From: Ignavibacteriota bacterium | GTDB lineage: Bacteria; Bacteroidota; Ignavibacteria; UBA10030 | Assembly: GCA_963833465.1 (NCBI GenBank) | Contig: CAWHXW010000003.1 | Span: forward strand, 282,242 to 346,241 | Reading direction: 5' to 3' | DNA length: 64,000 nt | In this document: positions 42,238-52,812 of the stretch, piece after piece | Position numbering within the stretch: the first letter of the stretch is position 1 | Layout: every line of letters begins with the position of its first letter | The notes under the pieces: generated by a model | What the model was told of the DNA's origin: nothing | The model's database searches: none | What the model saw: the letters and a program-made list of their open reading frames with translations, nothing else | Translations under genes and position numbers: made by a program

Positions 42238-43617
42238 CTATGGTTTTGTCAAATTGTATTGCTGAATTTTTGTATAAAGCGTTTTTAGACTGATGCCGAG
42301 AATTTGAGACGCCGTGTTTTTATTCCAGCCGACAGTTTTAAGCACACCCGCTATGTGAACCTTTTCGATCTCGTGTATCGAAACTGCGCTTCCTATTTGA
42401 GGGCTGCCTGCCGCGGCAATAGTTTCTTTAATTAGATTTGTACGTCTGCCGATAGGAAGTGCAATGTCTTCAACGCAAATAAGGTTTTCTTTGCACAAAA
42501 TGCTGGCACGCTCAATTACATTTTCTAATTCACGCACGTTGCCTGGCCAATCATATTTCATCAGTAGTTCTAGCGCTTTTGGTTCGATCATTTTTAGTTC
42601 GCGCGGACGTATGTGATTCTTCAAAAAATAATCAACGAGTAGAGGAATATCTTCCGGCCGTTCTCGAAGTGACGGTACTGACAGTGTGATTACGTTAATG
42701 CGATATAAAAGATCTTCACGGAATTTTCCGTTTTCGATTTCGTCATGCAAATTTTTATTTGTAGCAGAAATTACTCGTACATCCGATTTAAAATTTTTAT
42801 TGCCGCCTACACGCCTGTATTCTCCCGTCTGCAGAAAACGCAAAAGCTTAGGCTGAATCATTAAATTGATCTCGCCGATTTCATCAAGAAAGAGTGTGCC
42901 ACCGTTGGCGATTTCGACAATACCTTGCTTCATAGCGTGCGCATCTGTGAACGAGCCCTTTTCATGTCCGAATAATTCACTTTCAAGCAAGTTCTCCGGG
43001 ATGGATGCGCAATTTAATGCAACGAATTGTTTATCTTTGCGCGAACTGTTTTTATGCAAGAAGTTGGCAATAAGTTCTTTGCCCGTGCCGCTCGCACCCT
43101 GAATAAGAACTGGAGAATCTGTCGGTGCAACTTTAGCTGCTATGTTTAGCAATTCCAGCATCAGTTTGCTTTCACCGACAATATTGCCGGCGAAAGTATG
43201 GCGAGCAAGCTCTGATTTTAAAACTTTATTTTCAAGACTTAGCCGCTTGCGTTCCATGGCTCGTTCGATAACAGCTATGAGTTCGTTTCCTGCATACGGT
43301 TTTGTAATGTAGTTGTATGCACCCAATTGCATACATTCGACCGCAATCTTTACATCGTGAACACCTGTAAGCATAATTACCTGAGTGTCAAAAGAATGGT
43401 CGCGGATAAACTTTAATACTTCCACACCATCTACACGAGGAAGTTTTACATCGAGCAGAACGAGATCATATATGCGCTGCTGCAGAGCATTGATGGCAAG
43501 AACGCCGTCTTTAGCAACTTCTACTTTATATCCTTCTTGAGTAAGCAATGCTTGAATGACTTGAAGGATTGGTTCCTCGTCATCCACTGTAAGAATGGAA
43601 ATAGTCTCAGTTTTCAT
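42238..43617 (-). CDS. Sigma-54-dependent response regulator (REC-AAA+-HTH), NtrC family
   Basis: ILTVDDEEP receiver, GASGTGKE Walker A, GSFTDA (GAFTGA variant), C-terminal Fis-type HTH. Confidence 0.85.
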   Translation of the reverse strand: MKTETISILTVDDEEPILQVIQALLTQEGYKVEVAKDGVLAINALQQRIYDLVLLDVKLPRVDGVEVLKFIRDHSFDTQVIMLTGVHDVKIAVECMQLGAYNYITKPYAGNELIAVIERAMERKRLSLENKVLKSELARHTFAGNIVGESKLMLELLNIAAKVAPTDSPVLIQGASGTGKELIANFLHKNSSRKDKQFVALNCASIPENLLESELFGHEKGSFTDAHAMKQGIVEIANGGTLFLDEIGEINLMIQPKLLRFLQTGEYRRVGGNKNFKSDVRVISATNKNLHDEIENGKFREDLLYRINVITLSVPSLRERPEDIPLLVDYFLKNHIRPRELKMIEPKALELLMKYDWPGNVRELENVIERASILCKENLICVEDIALPIGRRTNLIKETIAAAGSPQIGSAVSIHEIEKVHIAGVLKTVGWNKNTASQILGISLKTLYTKIQQYNLTKP

Positions 43618-43641
43618 AGAGTATTTAGAATAAAAAAGTTT

Positions 43642-44749
43642 TTATCGGATGGGAAGTGCAAAATAGAATGTTGCTCCTTTGCCGACTTCCGATTCAACCC
43701 AAATTTTTCCGTTGTGTGCTTCAATAATTCGCTGCGAAATAATTAGTCCCAACCCAGATAATTTATCTTTATTTGATTTTCCTGAGACAAGATCACGATA
43801 GCGGTCGAAAATTAGCGGCAGTTCTTCTTTTGGAATACCTGTGCCGCTATTGAACACAGAAACCATTATATGTTCGGTGGGCTGTTGTCCTTCTTCCAGT
43901 ACCGATTGCAACCTTGTGTACTTGTACAACAATGGCGCCTTCAGGCGGTGTATGGGAAACTGCATTGCTCATGAAATTTTTCAATACCTGTTCGATTTTT
44001 TCGGAATCGTATTCAAGTGTCGGCAAGTCGGGTTCCATGTAAAAATCTAAAGTGATATTGCCAGATTGAATGGGAACATGGAATTCCTGTGTAATATTTT
44101 GTACTGTAAGTCCAAGATTGCTAAAACCTTTATTTAATCGTACGCGTCCGCCTTCAAGTTTTGTCAAATCCATCATATCATTTAGAAGATTTATCACTTT
44201 GTCGATAGATGTGGTCATATAACCAAGCAATTCTTTCTGATGATCGCCAAGTGAGCCAGCCATCCCTTTGAGCAGGTAACCGATGCTTTGGCGAAGACCT
44301 GCAATAGGATTATGAAGGTCGTAAAGCAAGCGGGCAGTATGTTCTGCCTGTAAACGTCGAATGCGGTCTTCAGCATCGCGAGCGCGGATAATTCCCTTGA
44401 GTTGAGGTGCAAGCTGGTCCATATCAATGGGCTTGGTAAGATATTCTTTGGCACCGAGTTTCATCGCTTCGACCGCCATACTCACGTCACTCATACCTGT
44501 CATCATGACAACTTCTGTTTGCGTTGAATTCTTTTTGATGTAACGCAGAACCTCCAAGCCGTTGGCGCCAGGCATTTTGATGTCAAGAATTGCAATATCA
44601 AAATCTCGTTCTTGTACTTTCTTAATTGCATCCACGCCGTCTATGGCTTGTTCGACATCGAATCCTTCATCGCCGAGCCATGCGGCAACTGTCATGCGAA
44701 GCGGATCTTCGTCGTCCGCAATAAGGACTTGAATTTTTTCTTCACTCAT
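43642..44749 (-). CDS. REC-HisKA-HATPase_c histidine kinase (N-terminal receiver), interrupted by a frame shift (~43900)
   Basis: ORF 43847..44749 has the REC domain ([10 protein letters not shown]...[11 protein letters not shown]), an H-box (LHNPIAGL) and the N-box. ORF 43642..43965 has the G1/G2 boxes (FNSGTGIP...GLGL) in the -1 frame. Confidence 0.7.
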
Positions 44750-45051
44750 AAGCGATCGCTTTTATTATGCAATGCACGTTCCCTGTCAGCGCGTATTATT
44801 AATGAGACCCAAAAAATCAAAGAATTAGTAACGGGAAATATTTTTGTAATTTCTGACAATGGAAATAATAACCAGATTCGCTCGAAAAGTCAATTGCTTT
44901 CTCTTTACTTGATTTCAAGGAATAATTGAAATTGATATTATGCATTGCTACATTAAACTCTGAATTTTCACTAATCTATCGGTTTGTAATGGAAACATTA
45001 ATTCCTGACGAAACATAGATTTGCAAAAGCAAAACAATAAAGGAAAAAATA

Positions 45052-45726
45052 ATGATAAATTGGATTATATCGCTCCTTTCTATTTTACTCATTGGAGGAC
45101 ATATGGAAACCAATAACATTCATTGGTTTGGACAATCAGCATTTCGCATTGAAGATAACACAATGCAAATTTATATTGACCCGTTCAAACTTCCGGCTAA
45201 CCTGCCGAAGGCAGACGTCATTTTTATTACACATGCTCATTATGATCATTTTTCAATAGAAGATATTGCCAAGATTAAAACTGAACATACGATTATTGTT
45301 GCTCCAAAAGATGTTGCATCTAAATTTGATAAATCAGTTATTGCTGTCGTTCCGGGAAAGACTTACATTATCGGCAAAATGAAAGTCATGACAGTTCCGG
45401 CGTATAATCTCGACAAAAAATTCCACCCTAAAGAAAATAAATGGGTAGGATATATTATTACATTATCGAACGGTAAGAAGATTTATCATGCGGGCGATAC
45501 GGATTTCATTCCGGAGATGAAGGATATTGTTACAGATATTGCTCTGTTGCCTTGCGGCGGTACTTATACGATGACGGCAAAGCAAGCCGCGGAAGCGGCA
45601 AATAGTTTTAAACCAAAAGTTTTAATTCCAATGCATTGGGGTACTATCGTTGGTTCCCGGGCTGATGCTGAAGAAGTGAAAAAACTATTCAAAGGCGAAA
45701 CAATAATAATGACACAGGAAAAATAA
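45052..45726 (+). CDS. MBL-fold metallo-hydrolase (UPF0173-like)
   Basis: HAHYDH metal-binding motif. Strong RBS. A possible N-terminal hydrophobic anchor. Confidence 0.65.
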   Translation: MINWIISLLSILLIGGHMETNNIHWFGQSAFRIEDNTMQIYIDPFKLPANLPKADVIFITHAHYDHFSIEDIAKIKTEHTIIVAPKDVASKFDKSVIAVVPGKTYIIGKMKVMTVPAYNLDKKFHPKENKWVGYIITLSNGKKIYHAGDTDFIPEMKDIVTDIALLPCGGTYTMTAKQAAEAANSFKPKVLIPMHWGTIVGSRADAEEVKKLFKGETIIMTQEK

Positions 45727-45742
45727 TTCTCTTTATATCCAG

Positions 45743-45762
45743 CGGCGATAAAATTATCGCCG
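45743..45762. terminator. Hairpin cggcgata-aaat-tatcgccg between convergent MBL hydrolase (+) and hflX (-)
   Basis: 8-bp perfect stem with a 4-nt loop. The flanking T-run is weak. Confidence 0.35.
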
Positions 45763-45811
45763 ATCCTTTGTCATTTGTCTATAATTAGAATTTAGTTTTT
45801 AAATCGAAAAG

Positions 45812-47071
45812 TTATTTAATCATTTGTAAAAATCTTTCTTTATCTCTCCGGTGAATCCTGATCTTCATTCTAACTTTTTCTTCTTCGTAAGTCCGTTCTA
45901 ACACTTCACCTATATCATGCAGTTGAGCGATTAGTTTTTGTTTTGAGTCCGGCAATAATATTTCTTCAATTAAAAATTCATTCTCCAACATCTGTGCAAC
46001 TGCTTCTTTTAAGCCGAGAATATTAATTCCGCGGACTGCGGAGATAAATACGCAATTCGAGTGCTTTTCGGATAATGTCGGTAAAATATTTCGATCTTGA
46101 AGCATATCAATTTTATTGAATACAACAAGTGTAGGTGTATCACCAGCGCCAAGGTCTTCTAATGTTTCCTTTACCACATAAATTTGATCTTCGAAGTACG
46201 GACTTGATATATCAACTACATGAAGAAGAATATCGGCTTCAGTTATTTCCTCTAACGTACTCTTGAACGATGCAACAAGATGGTGCGGTAATTTACGGAT
46301 AAAACCTACTGTGTCCGTCATAAGGATAGAAACCGCGGAATCGAGTGGCACGAGGCGGGTTGTGGGATCAAGTGTTGCGAAGAGCCGGTTTTCAACAAAG
46401 ACATCGGAACCGGAAAGAAGATTTAAAAGTGTTGACTTACCAACATTCGTATATCCAACAAGTGCAGTACGAGTGTGCTTAGTGCGCCCTTGTCGTTGTG
46501 TTACGCGTTGTTTAGCTATGCGCTCAAGTTTTTCCTTCAAATTACCGATTCGCGTACGGATCAGCCTGCGGTCAGTTTCGATTTGCGTTTCACCTGGGCC
46601 TTTTGTGCCGATACCGCCGAATTGTTTTGATAAATGTGTCCATTGGCGAGTAAGGCGAGGAAGCAAATATTCAAGCTGAGCAAGTTCCACTTGTGTTTTT
46701 GCTTCGCTAGATTTTGCGCGTGATGCAAAAATGTCAAGAATCAATCCGCTGCGGTCGAGAACCTTGCATTCCATCAAACGCTCAAGATTTCGCACTTGTG
46801 CGGGTGAGAGGTCGTCATCAAAAATTACAAGCGGAATAGTTTCATCCTTCAACCGCTGATGCAATTCTTCGACTTTTCCTTTGCCGATGTATGTTGCCGG
46901 CTCTGGGTGATCGCGATCCTGTGTTATTTTTCCAACAACTTCCGCTCCTGCAGTGTCGGCGAGCAGTGCGAGTTCTGCAAGTGATTCATCAACCACGGCT
47001 TTCAAATTAGAACGTGTTGGTACTCCAATGAGAATACACTTTTCTTTTCCAGTCTGCGCTAATTCAATCAT
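45812..47071 (-). CDS. hflX: GTPase HflX
   Basis: HflX N-domain (GTKGPGETQIETDRR) and G-domain (GYTNVGKSTLLN, DTVGF). Confidence 0.85.
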   Translation of the reverse strand: MIELAQTGKEKCILIGVPTRSNLKAVVDESLAELALLADTAGAEVVGKITQDRDHPEPATYIGKGKVEELHQRLKDETIPLVIFDDDLSPAQVRNLERLMECKVLDRSGLILDIFASRAKSSEAKTQVELAQLEYLLPRLTRQWTHLSKQFGGIGTKGPGETQIETDRRLIRTRIGNLKEKLERIAKQRVTQRQGRTKHTRTALVGYTNVGKSTLLNLLSGSDVFVENRLFATLDPTTRLVPLDSAVSILMTDTVGFIRKLPHHLVASFKSTLEEITEADILLHVVDISSPYFEDQIYVVKETLEDLGAGDTPTLVVFNKIDMLQDRNILPTLSEKHSNCVFISAVRGINILGLKEAVAQMLENEFLIEEILLPDSKQKLIAQLHDIGEVLERTYEEEKVRMKIRIHRRDKERFLQMIK

Positions 47072-47086
47072 ATTGATTCTTTCGTA

Positions 47087-49267
47087 CTATTTTAATTGTA
47101 ACGCTGCAGAAGAATTATGACGTTTATTATCTCGTGCGACGAACATTTCGATGACAGCCATTCCGATCGCGGCGATAAGAAATTGTTTCCAAAGTTCGGT
47201 ACCAAGACGTGATTCTGTAATAATGTGCTGCACTTCCTGTATTTGGTTCACTATGTGTGTTGAATTGTCCATAATACCGATTCGCTTTAACGTATTTTCG
47301 ATATGTTTCTTGTCGGAAGGTGTTGTGTTTGATTCGTCCGGATCAATATTGACAGCAAACTTATCTAATATCAAATTGCCGGATGCCACGGTATAGATTC
47401 CCAGTAAATCATCGTCGGAAAAAAGAACAACACTTTTTGCTGTAAGCTGTCGAGGATTAATAAAAGTTTCCAAATTGCCTGGTCTAATAATTTTAAGTCT
47501 CAATTGAACGGGAGTATGAAGCGGAATGGTTGTTTCTTCACCGGCTAATAATGAATGCTCAATCTCAGATTTTTGTGCAAGATATATAATTGAACGATGC
47601 ACCAAAGGAACAAATAATCCTTTCAGTGGCAGATCCGACCACTCTGTATTGGCGGCAACACTGAATAATAATATTTGTCCGCTGCCAATTTTTTCGTCAA
47701 TTAGAAACGGGTATCCATTTGTAAGCGTTATAATAGAATGCGATTTCACTGATGGAACAAAATGGAGTGATTTGTTTACACGCGGGGATTCTAGCACACG
47801 CTGCTGCGCTGTTCCTACGGATTGTTTAGTTTTGGTTTCTTCAAACATTCCAGAAAATAATGGATGACGCAGATCAACTTTATCGAATTCGACAAATGAA
47901 TCGGAAGATGGAGATTTGAAATCATTTTCTGAGGCTGTAACAGTTGAGATGCCAAGCGGCGCAGCGAAGTCTGTGTTAAACGTGTTTATAGTTGTCTGCG
48001 AGCCGGGGAAGAAAAGCATTCCGCCGCCGTTTTGAAGATATGTTTTCAGTGCAAAAAGTTGGTCGTGTGTTAATTCATGCAAATTGGAAATAACAACAAC
48101 ATCGATATTTTTCAATTGAAATGATGAAAAACGATCGCAAGTTATCTGGTTCATTTTCAAATTTGTACTGCTGTCGGTAAGCCGGGTTGCAAGAGTAATA
48201 TGAAGATATGTAAGATCAGCTGCGTTGCCAATAAGAAGAGCATGAATTTCGTTTGGAATATGCACTGTGAAAAAGCGTGTATTGTCAAATTCGAGATCAT
48301 CGTCTTCCAATTCGATTTTTCCTTCAAGAAATCCGGATTGTTTCGGCACGAGTGTGAACTCAGTTTCAATCGATTGCCCAGCACGGATATCCACACCTTT
48401 TTGTCCTACTCGACTGCCGTTTTCATAAATACTCACTACGTGATTCTGTATATTTGAAGTGCTGTGATTTGTCAGTTTCGCTTTTACGGCAAATGGTTTG
48501 TTCACTTCAAAAATTGTATTCGGAATTTCTACGGATTCTACCGAAACATTTTGTAATTCGCGTTTGCCAAGAGGGATAAGAAAGAATTGTGTCGTCGGTG
48601 CGAAAAGTTTTTCGTCGGTTTTAACTTTATACATTTTGGATTCGAGTGATCCAGATTGGAAATCGGAGATAAGATAAACTTCTTTATTAAAGTTTTTGGA
48701 TGCAGCAAGCAGTCGAGCGGTATAGCGAAGCGCGTCTTCGATAGTGCGATGTATTGATGATGGCTTGATTTCATTGATCATGCTTCGTACAGAAGTAAGA
48801 TTTCGCTGGGCAGAAGGGCTTTCGGATGTTCCATCGATTGGGACATTGGAAAGTTTTAGAAGAAATACTTCGTCGCCTTCTTTTAAGAAGTTAATTACGG
48901 CAATGGCAGCATTCTTCGCCTGATGAAGCAATTCGCCCTGTTCGTCGCTGGCGGTCATACTTTGCGAATCATCAAATACGATGACTGCTGTTGTTTTTGC
49001 CTGCCTGGAAATTCCGCCGGGGAGCGAACCTTTTAATGTAGGACGTGAAAATGCGAGCACAATCAAAATAACTAACAAAGTACGAAGTATCAACAAGAGC
49101 AATTGACGGAGTTTCAGCCGGCGTATCTTCGTTTTTTGTAATTCCTTTAGGAACGAAAGTGTGCTAAACTCAATTGTTTTTAATTTGCGCAGATTGAAAA
49201 TGTGCAGCAAAATAGGAATACCGGCCGCAAGAAGTCCAATCAATACTATAGGGTTAAGAAATGTCAA
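47087..49267 (-). CDS. BatA-like protein: N-terminal double-TM (aerotolerance BatA-type) domain + vWA domain + long C-terminal region
   Basis: N-terminus MTFLNPIVLIGLLAAGIPILLHIFN...second TM, then the vWA-like VIVFDDSQSM. 726 aa. Confidence 0.55.
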   Translation of the reverse strand: MTFLNPIVLIGLLAAGIPILLHIFNLRKLKTIEFSTLSFLKELQKTKIRRLKLRQLLLLILRTLLVILIVLAFSRPTLKGSLPGGISRQAKTTAVIVFDDSQSMTASDEQGELLHQAKNAAIAVINFLKEGDEVFLLKLSNVPIDGTSESPSAQRNLTSVRSMINEIKPSSIHRTIEDALRYTARLLAASKNFNKEVYLISDFQSGSLESKMYKVKTDEKLFAPTTQFFLIPLGKRELQNVSVESVEIPNTIFEVNKPFAVKAKLTNHSTSNIQNHVVSIYENGSRVGQKGVDIRAGQSIETEFTLVPKQSGFLEGKIELEDDDLEFDNTRFFTVHIPNEIHALLIGNAADLTYLHITLATRLTDSSTNLKMNQITCDRFSSFQLKNIDVVVISNLHELTHDQLFALKTYLQNGGGMLFFPGSQTTINTFNTDFAAPLGISTVTASENDFKSPSSDSFVEFDKVDLRHPLFSGMFEETKTKQSVGTAQQRVLESPRVNKSLHFVPSVKSHSIITLTNGYPFLIDEKIGSGQILLFSVAANTEWSDLPLKGLFVPLVHRSIIYLAQKSEIEHSLLAGEETTIPLHTPVQLRLKIIRPGNLETFINPRQLTAKSVVLFSDDDLLGIYTVASGNLILDKFAVNIDPDESNTTPSDKKHIENTLKRIGIMDNSTHIVNQIQEVQHIITESRLGTELWKQFLIAAIGMAVIEMFVARDNKRHNSSAALQLK

Positions 49268-49378
49268 TGCACGTCCTCTTCTAGAAGATAATCTGTACTA
49301 ACTTAATCTGAAGATGTGCGAAAAGCAAGAAGGTAAGAATCTCAAATATTTTGTATCTTAAAGCAAAAGGAGAATATC

Positions 49379-50158
49379 ATGCTAAAAGTCGCAATCGAAA
49401 CCGCACTTGAAGCGGGAAAATTTCTAAAAACAAATGTCGGGAAAATTCGCCAGATCGAACGTAAAAGCGGACAGGAAACCAATCTTGTTACTGAAATTGA
49501 TAAGAAATCAGAACAGCTTATTATCAACAAAATTAAACAGCACTTTCCGCACCACGATTTTCTTTGTGAGGAATCCGGCGCCGCTGAAGTGAAATCTGAA
49601 TATCGTTGGATTATTGATCCATTAGATGGAACGGTAAACTACACACATGCTTTGCCGATATACAGTATTTCGATTGGGCTGGAATATAAAGGTGAAATTA
49701 TTTTAGGTGTTGTCTATGACCCTAGTTTGGATGAATTATTCACTGCCGAAAAAGGCAAGGGTGCGCGGTTGAATAAGAAACGCATAGAAGTTTCTAAAAC
49801 CACTAAGTTGATCGAAAGTCTTCTCGTTACCGGATTTCCTTACGATGTAAATGAGCATCCTGAACCTGCTGTTACGCACTTTAGGAATTTTCTTGCGGAA
49901 GCACAGGCAATTCGCCGGCTTGGTTCTGCGGCGCTTGATTTATGCTATGTTGCTGCGGGGCGTTTTGATGGTTTCTGGGAAGGTGTGATTCGTCCATGGG
50001 ATATGGCAGCTGGGGTATTGATTGTGACAGAAGCAGGCGGCAAGTGGACCAACTTCCGTGGATTTCCATCAAACGTTTACAAAGAAGAAATGCTTGCTTC
50101 GAATGGATTAATTCACGAGCAAATGGTTGCGGTGCTGAAAAAAGGAATAAAACATTAG
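49379..50158 (+). CDS. Inositol monophosphatase family protein (SuhB-like)
   Basis: WIIDPLDGT and GAALD motifs. Confidence 0.8.
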   Translation: MLKVAIETALEAGKFLKTNVGKIRQIERKSGQETNLVTEIDKKSEQLIINKIKQHFPHHDFLCEESGAAEVKSEYRWIIDPLDGTVNYTHALPIYSISIGLEYKGEIILGVVYDPSLDELFTAEKGKGARLNKKRIEVSKTTKLIESLLVTGFPYDVNEHPEPAVTHFRNFLAEAQAIRRLGSAALDLCYVAAGRFDGFWEGVIRPWDMAAGVLIVTEAGGKWTNFRGFPSNVYKEEMLASNGLIHEQMVAVLKKGIKH

Positions 50159-50448
50159 ATTTGAGCGAATGAGTAATTAAATTGCTTTAGTAAAGTTGCG
50201 GCAATACTACTTCCATTTTCTCACAGTGTTTTTCACCTAATATATCTAAAATCATCGACGCATATTTAGGTCGTGTAAAAAATAACTTAAATTCTTTTTT
50301 AATTCTTTTGCGCGCTGAGGGAAAAATGTTTCGCAATCCAAATAGAAAAACAGATAGTGAATCGGTTCCGCATTTTTCTGAATTAATTCAACAAAATTTA
50401 TAGCAACAACTAATGATTTGTTTTTTAAAGACTAAAATACTAATATGC

Positions 50449-51000
50449 TCAATCGTTCATAGTTTTAAATTTTCGTTCAGTCAACAAAACCCCAGCAATC
50501 GTTTTGCTGTCACTAATTTCACCTCGCACAATCATATCTACAACTGTAGAAAGTGGAATATACTCAACCGTAAGACTTTGTTCGCCTTCATCAAGATTTT
50601 GCCCGTGTTCGGATTTTTTCAGCCCTGTGGCAAGGTATATATGAAGCACTTCGCTGCAAAAGCCCGGAGTTGTGAACATCGCCGTGAGCTTTTCATAATT
50701 GTCAGCAGTGTAGCCGGTTTCTTCTTCCAATTCACGTTTGGCAGCTGTAAGCGGATTTTCATTGGGTTCAAGTTTTCCTGCAGGCAGTTCCAAAATAAAT
50801 TTCTTATGCGGATATCTGTACTGCCGGACAAAAATTACATCACCGTTGTCTAATAATGGTACGACAACACTTCCGCCTGGGTGGCTCACAATCTCACATT
50901 TATGAATATGGCCCGGCGTATCTTCAATTTCTTCAATAACCAGATCGAAGATGCTGCCGTGATATAATCTGTCGGACTTAATCGTTTTTGGGAGAGACAT
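50449..51000 (-). CDS. NUDIX hydrolase (ADP-ribose pyrophosphatase-like)
   Basis: Nudix box GKLEPNENPLTAAKRELEEETG. Confidence 0.8.
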   Translation of the reverse strand: MSLPKTIKSDRLYHGSIFDLVIEEIEDTPGHIHKCEIVSHPGGSVVVPLLDNGDVIFVRQYRYPHKKFILELPAGKLEPNENPLTAAKRELEEETGYTADNYEKLTAMFTTPGFCSEVLHIYLATGLKKSEHGQNLDEGEQSLTVEYIPLSTVVDMIVRGEISDSKTIAGVLLTERKFKTMND

Positions 51001-52096
51001 TTATATTAGGCGATGAAAGTTTAACGATATGTTGTGCGATGCCGGAGGATATTCCTTCTTTCATGAATGCAGTATATATTTGCTCGCGTAAAGCATTTTC
51101 GGCACGGCCTTTTTTCTTCCAATCGTCAGTGTATCCAATTAGTTGAAGTGTGCATGATGTTTCGCCCATTGCACTCATTAATATATTCGGTTCTGGCTGT
51201 TTCAGTAGATCAGAATTCCGGTGTGCAAAGTTCAGCATAATTTCTCGTGCGCGCTCGATCGATGTACCGTACGCCACACTTATTTCAACGAGAACACGTA
51301 TATCGTTCTTAGGATAAGAATAATTTATTACTTTGGTTTTAGTTAATTCGGCGTTTGGGCTGACAATCAGATTGTTGTCAAAATCAAGTATCTTTGTGCT
51401 GCGAAGGCCAATTTCGTAGACGTCACCAATTTCTCCACTGGGAAGTTTTATTCTATCGCCAATACGAAACGGCCTATCTAACATAATAACAAAACCAGCT
51501 ATCATATTTGCAAGTGTATCCTGCGCTGCAAGAGCAATAGCTACCGAGCCGCCGCCGAGGAATACAAGCAAACTGCTGACATCGACACCAAAATGTCCAA
51601 GAGAAATCACGACTGCAATAAAGAGAATCAAAATCATTACCAACCGATTCAAAATTGGGAATGCTGCTTCATTGATTGTTGATAATGTTTTTCTCGCATG
51701 CATTTCCATCTTATGTTTTAAGAATGTATCGATTAAACGAATTATCAGCGAGGTGAAAAGTGAAATAAATGCGATATAAATAATACCTTCCGAATATCGA
51801 ATTAGTTCCTCGCCAATTTTATCTGTGTGTGCAATGCCCTTGGAAATCTGTTCGGTGGCAAGATATAAGCCGATAACTATTGCAAGCCAATTAATTCTGG
51901 GAACGATTACGGCAAAAAGCTTATCGTCTAATTCTGTATAAGTCTTTGCAATAATTTTGCGACCGATAGTCTGAAGGAAGTATTTAAAAAAGAATCCAAT
52001 AAGTATAACTGTAGCAAACGCTATAAATCCATTCCATAGATAGAGTGTAAATCCGTTGCCCATAAATTGCTGCATATTATGGAATAAATCATTCAT
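50978..52096 (-). CDS. Mechanosensitive ion channel (MscS family) protein
   Basis: TM helices followed by the MscS beta-domain (RIGDRIKLPSGEIGDVYEIGLRST). Confidence 0.75.
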   Translation of the reverse strand: MNDLFHNMQQFMGNGFTLYLWNGFIAFATVILIGFFFKYFLQTIGRKIIAKTYTELDDKLFAVIVPRINWLAIVIGLYLATEQISKGIAHTDKIGEELIRYSEGIIYIAFISLFTSLIIRLIDTFLKHKMEMHARKTLSTINEAAFPILNRLVMILILFIAVVISLGHFGVDVSSLLVFLGGGSVAIALAAQDTLANMIAGFVIMLDRPFRIGDRIKLPSGEIGDVYEIGLRSTKILDFDNNLIVSPNAELTKTKVINYSYPKNDIRVLVEISVAYGTSIERAREIMLNFAHRNSDLLKQPEPNILMSAMGETSCTLQLIGYTDDWKKKGRAENALREQIYTAFMKEGISSGIAQHIVKLSSPNINVSPKND

Positions 52097-52678
52097 TTAA
52101 TAATTTCCTCTACTGCCAGGTTTTACAACTGCGCTGCCGGATTTGCACATTGGGCAATCTGCCGGTTGATATGCAATGACTTCCATCTGCAAAACCGCAA
52201 ATTGTTTTGTATCAAACTGAACTTTGCCATTGCTCCTATCGACAATACATCCCGTGCCAATAAGACTTCCTTTTGTAATGTTCACTAAATCGATGACCTC
52301 TTTCGTGGAGCCGCCAGTCGTAACAACATCTTCCACTACGAGAACGCGTTCGCCGGGAAGAATTTCAAATCCTCGTCGCAGTTCCATCTTGCCGTCTTTC
52401 CGTTCGGCGAAGATAGTACGTGCGCCCAGCATTCTGCCTACTTCTGTTCCGACTACTATTCCGCCGATGGCAGGTGAAATAACTACTTCAACTTCGCTGT
52501 ATTCAAAATGTCTTGCAATTTCTCCGCATAGTAAGTGCAAATATTTTGGAAATTGCAAAACACGCGCACATTGAAAATATTGCGGGCTGTGCATACCGGA
52601 AGTGAGCTGAAAGTGTCCTTTTAGGAGAGCTTTTGTTTCCTGAAAGATTTCAAGAATTTGTTCTTTAGGCAGTCTCAT
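52097..52678 (-). CDS. pyrE: Orotate phosphoribosyltransferase
   Basis: PRPP-binding motif LVVEDVVTTGGS. 193 aa. Confidence 0.8.
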   Translation of the reverse strand: MRLPKEQILEIFQETKALLKGHFQLTSGMHSPQYFQCARVLQFPKYLHLLCGEIARHFEYSEVEVVISPAIGGIVVGTEVGRMLGARTIFAERKDGKMELRRGFEILPGERVLVVEDVVTTGGSTKEVIDLVNITKGSLIGTGCIVDRSNGKVQFDTKQFAVLQMEVIAYQPADCPMCKSGSAVVKPGSRGNY

Positions 52679-52812
52679 GTGCAGATATTTCTTATTGTTA
52701 TGATTAATTAAAAAGATACTAAGAACTCATATTAGGCGCAATTTGAATTGATAATCATCCTACTCCAGATGAAAAAAAATTAATTTTAAATATCTTTCGA
52801 CGCCATGTTGAG

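Noticed and set aside
50159-50448. A 290-bp gap between the IMPase and NUDIX genes containing a 25-codon ORF (MFRNPNRKTDSESVPHFSELIQQNL)
   Set aside because: No RBS, no structure signal, no repeat. Most likely just the convergent 3' region. Not enough evidence for a small protein or ncRNA.
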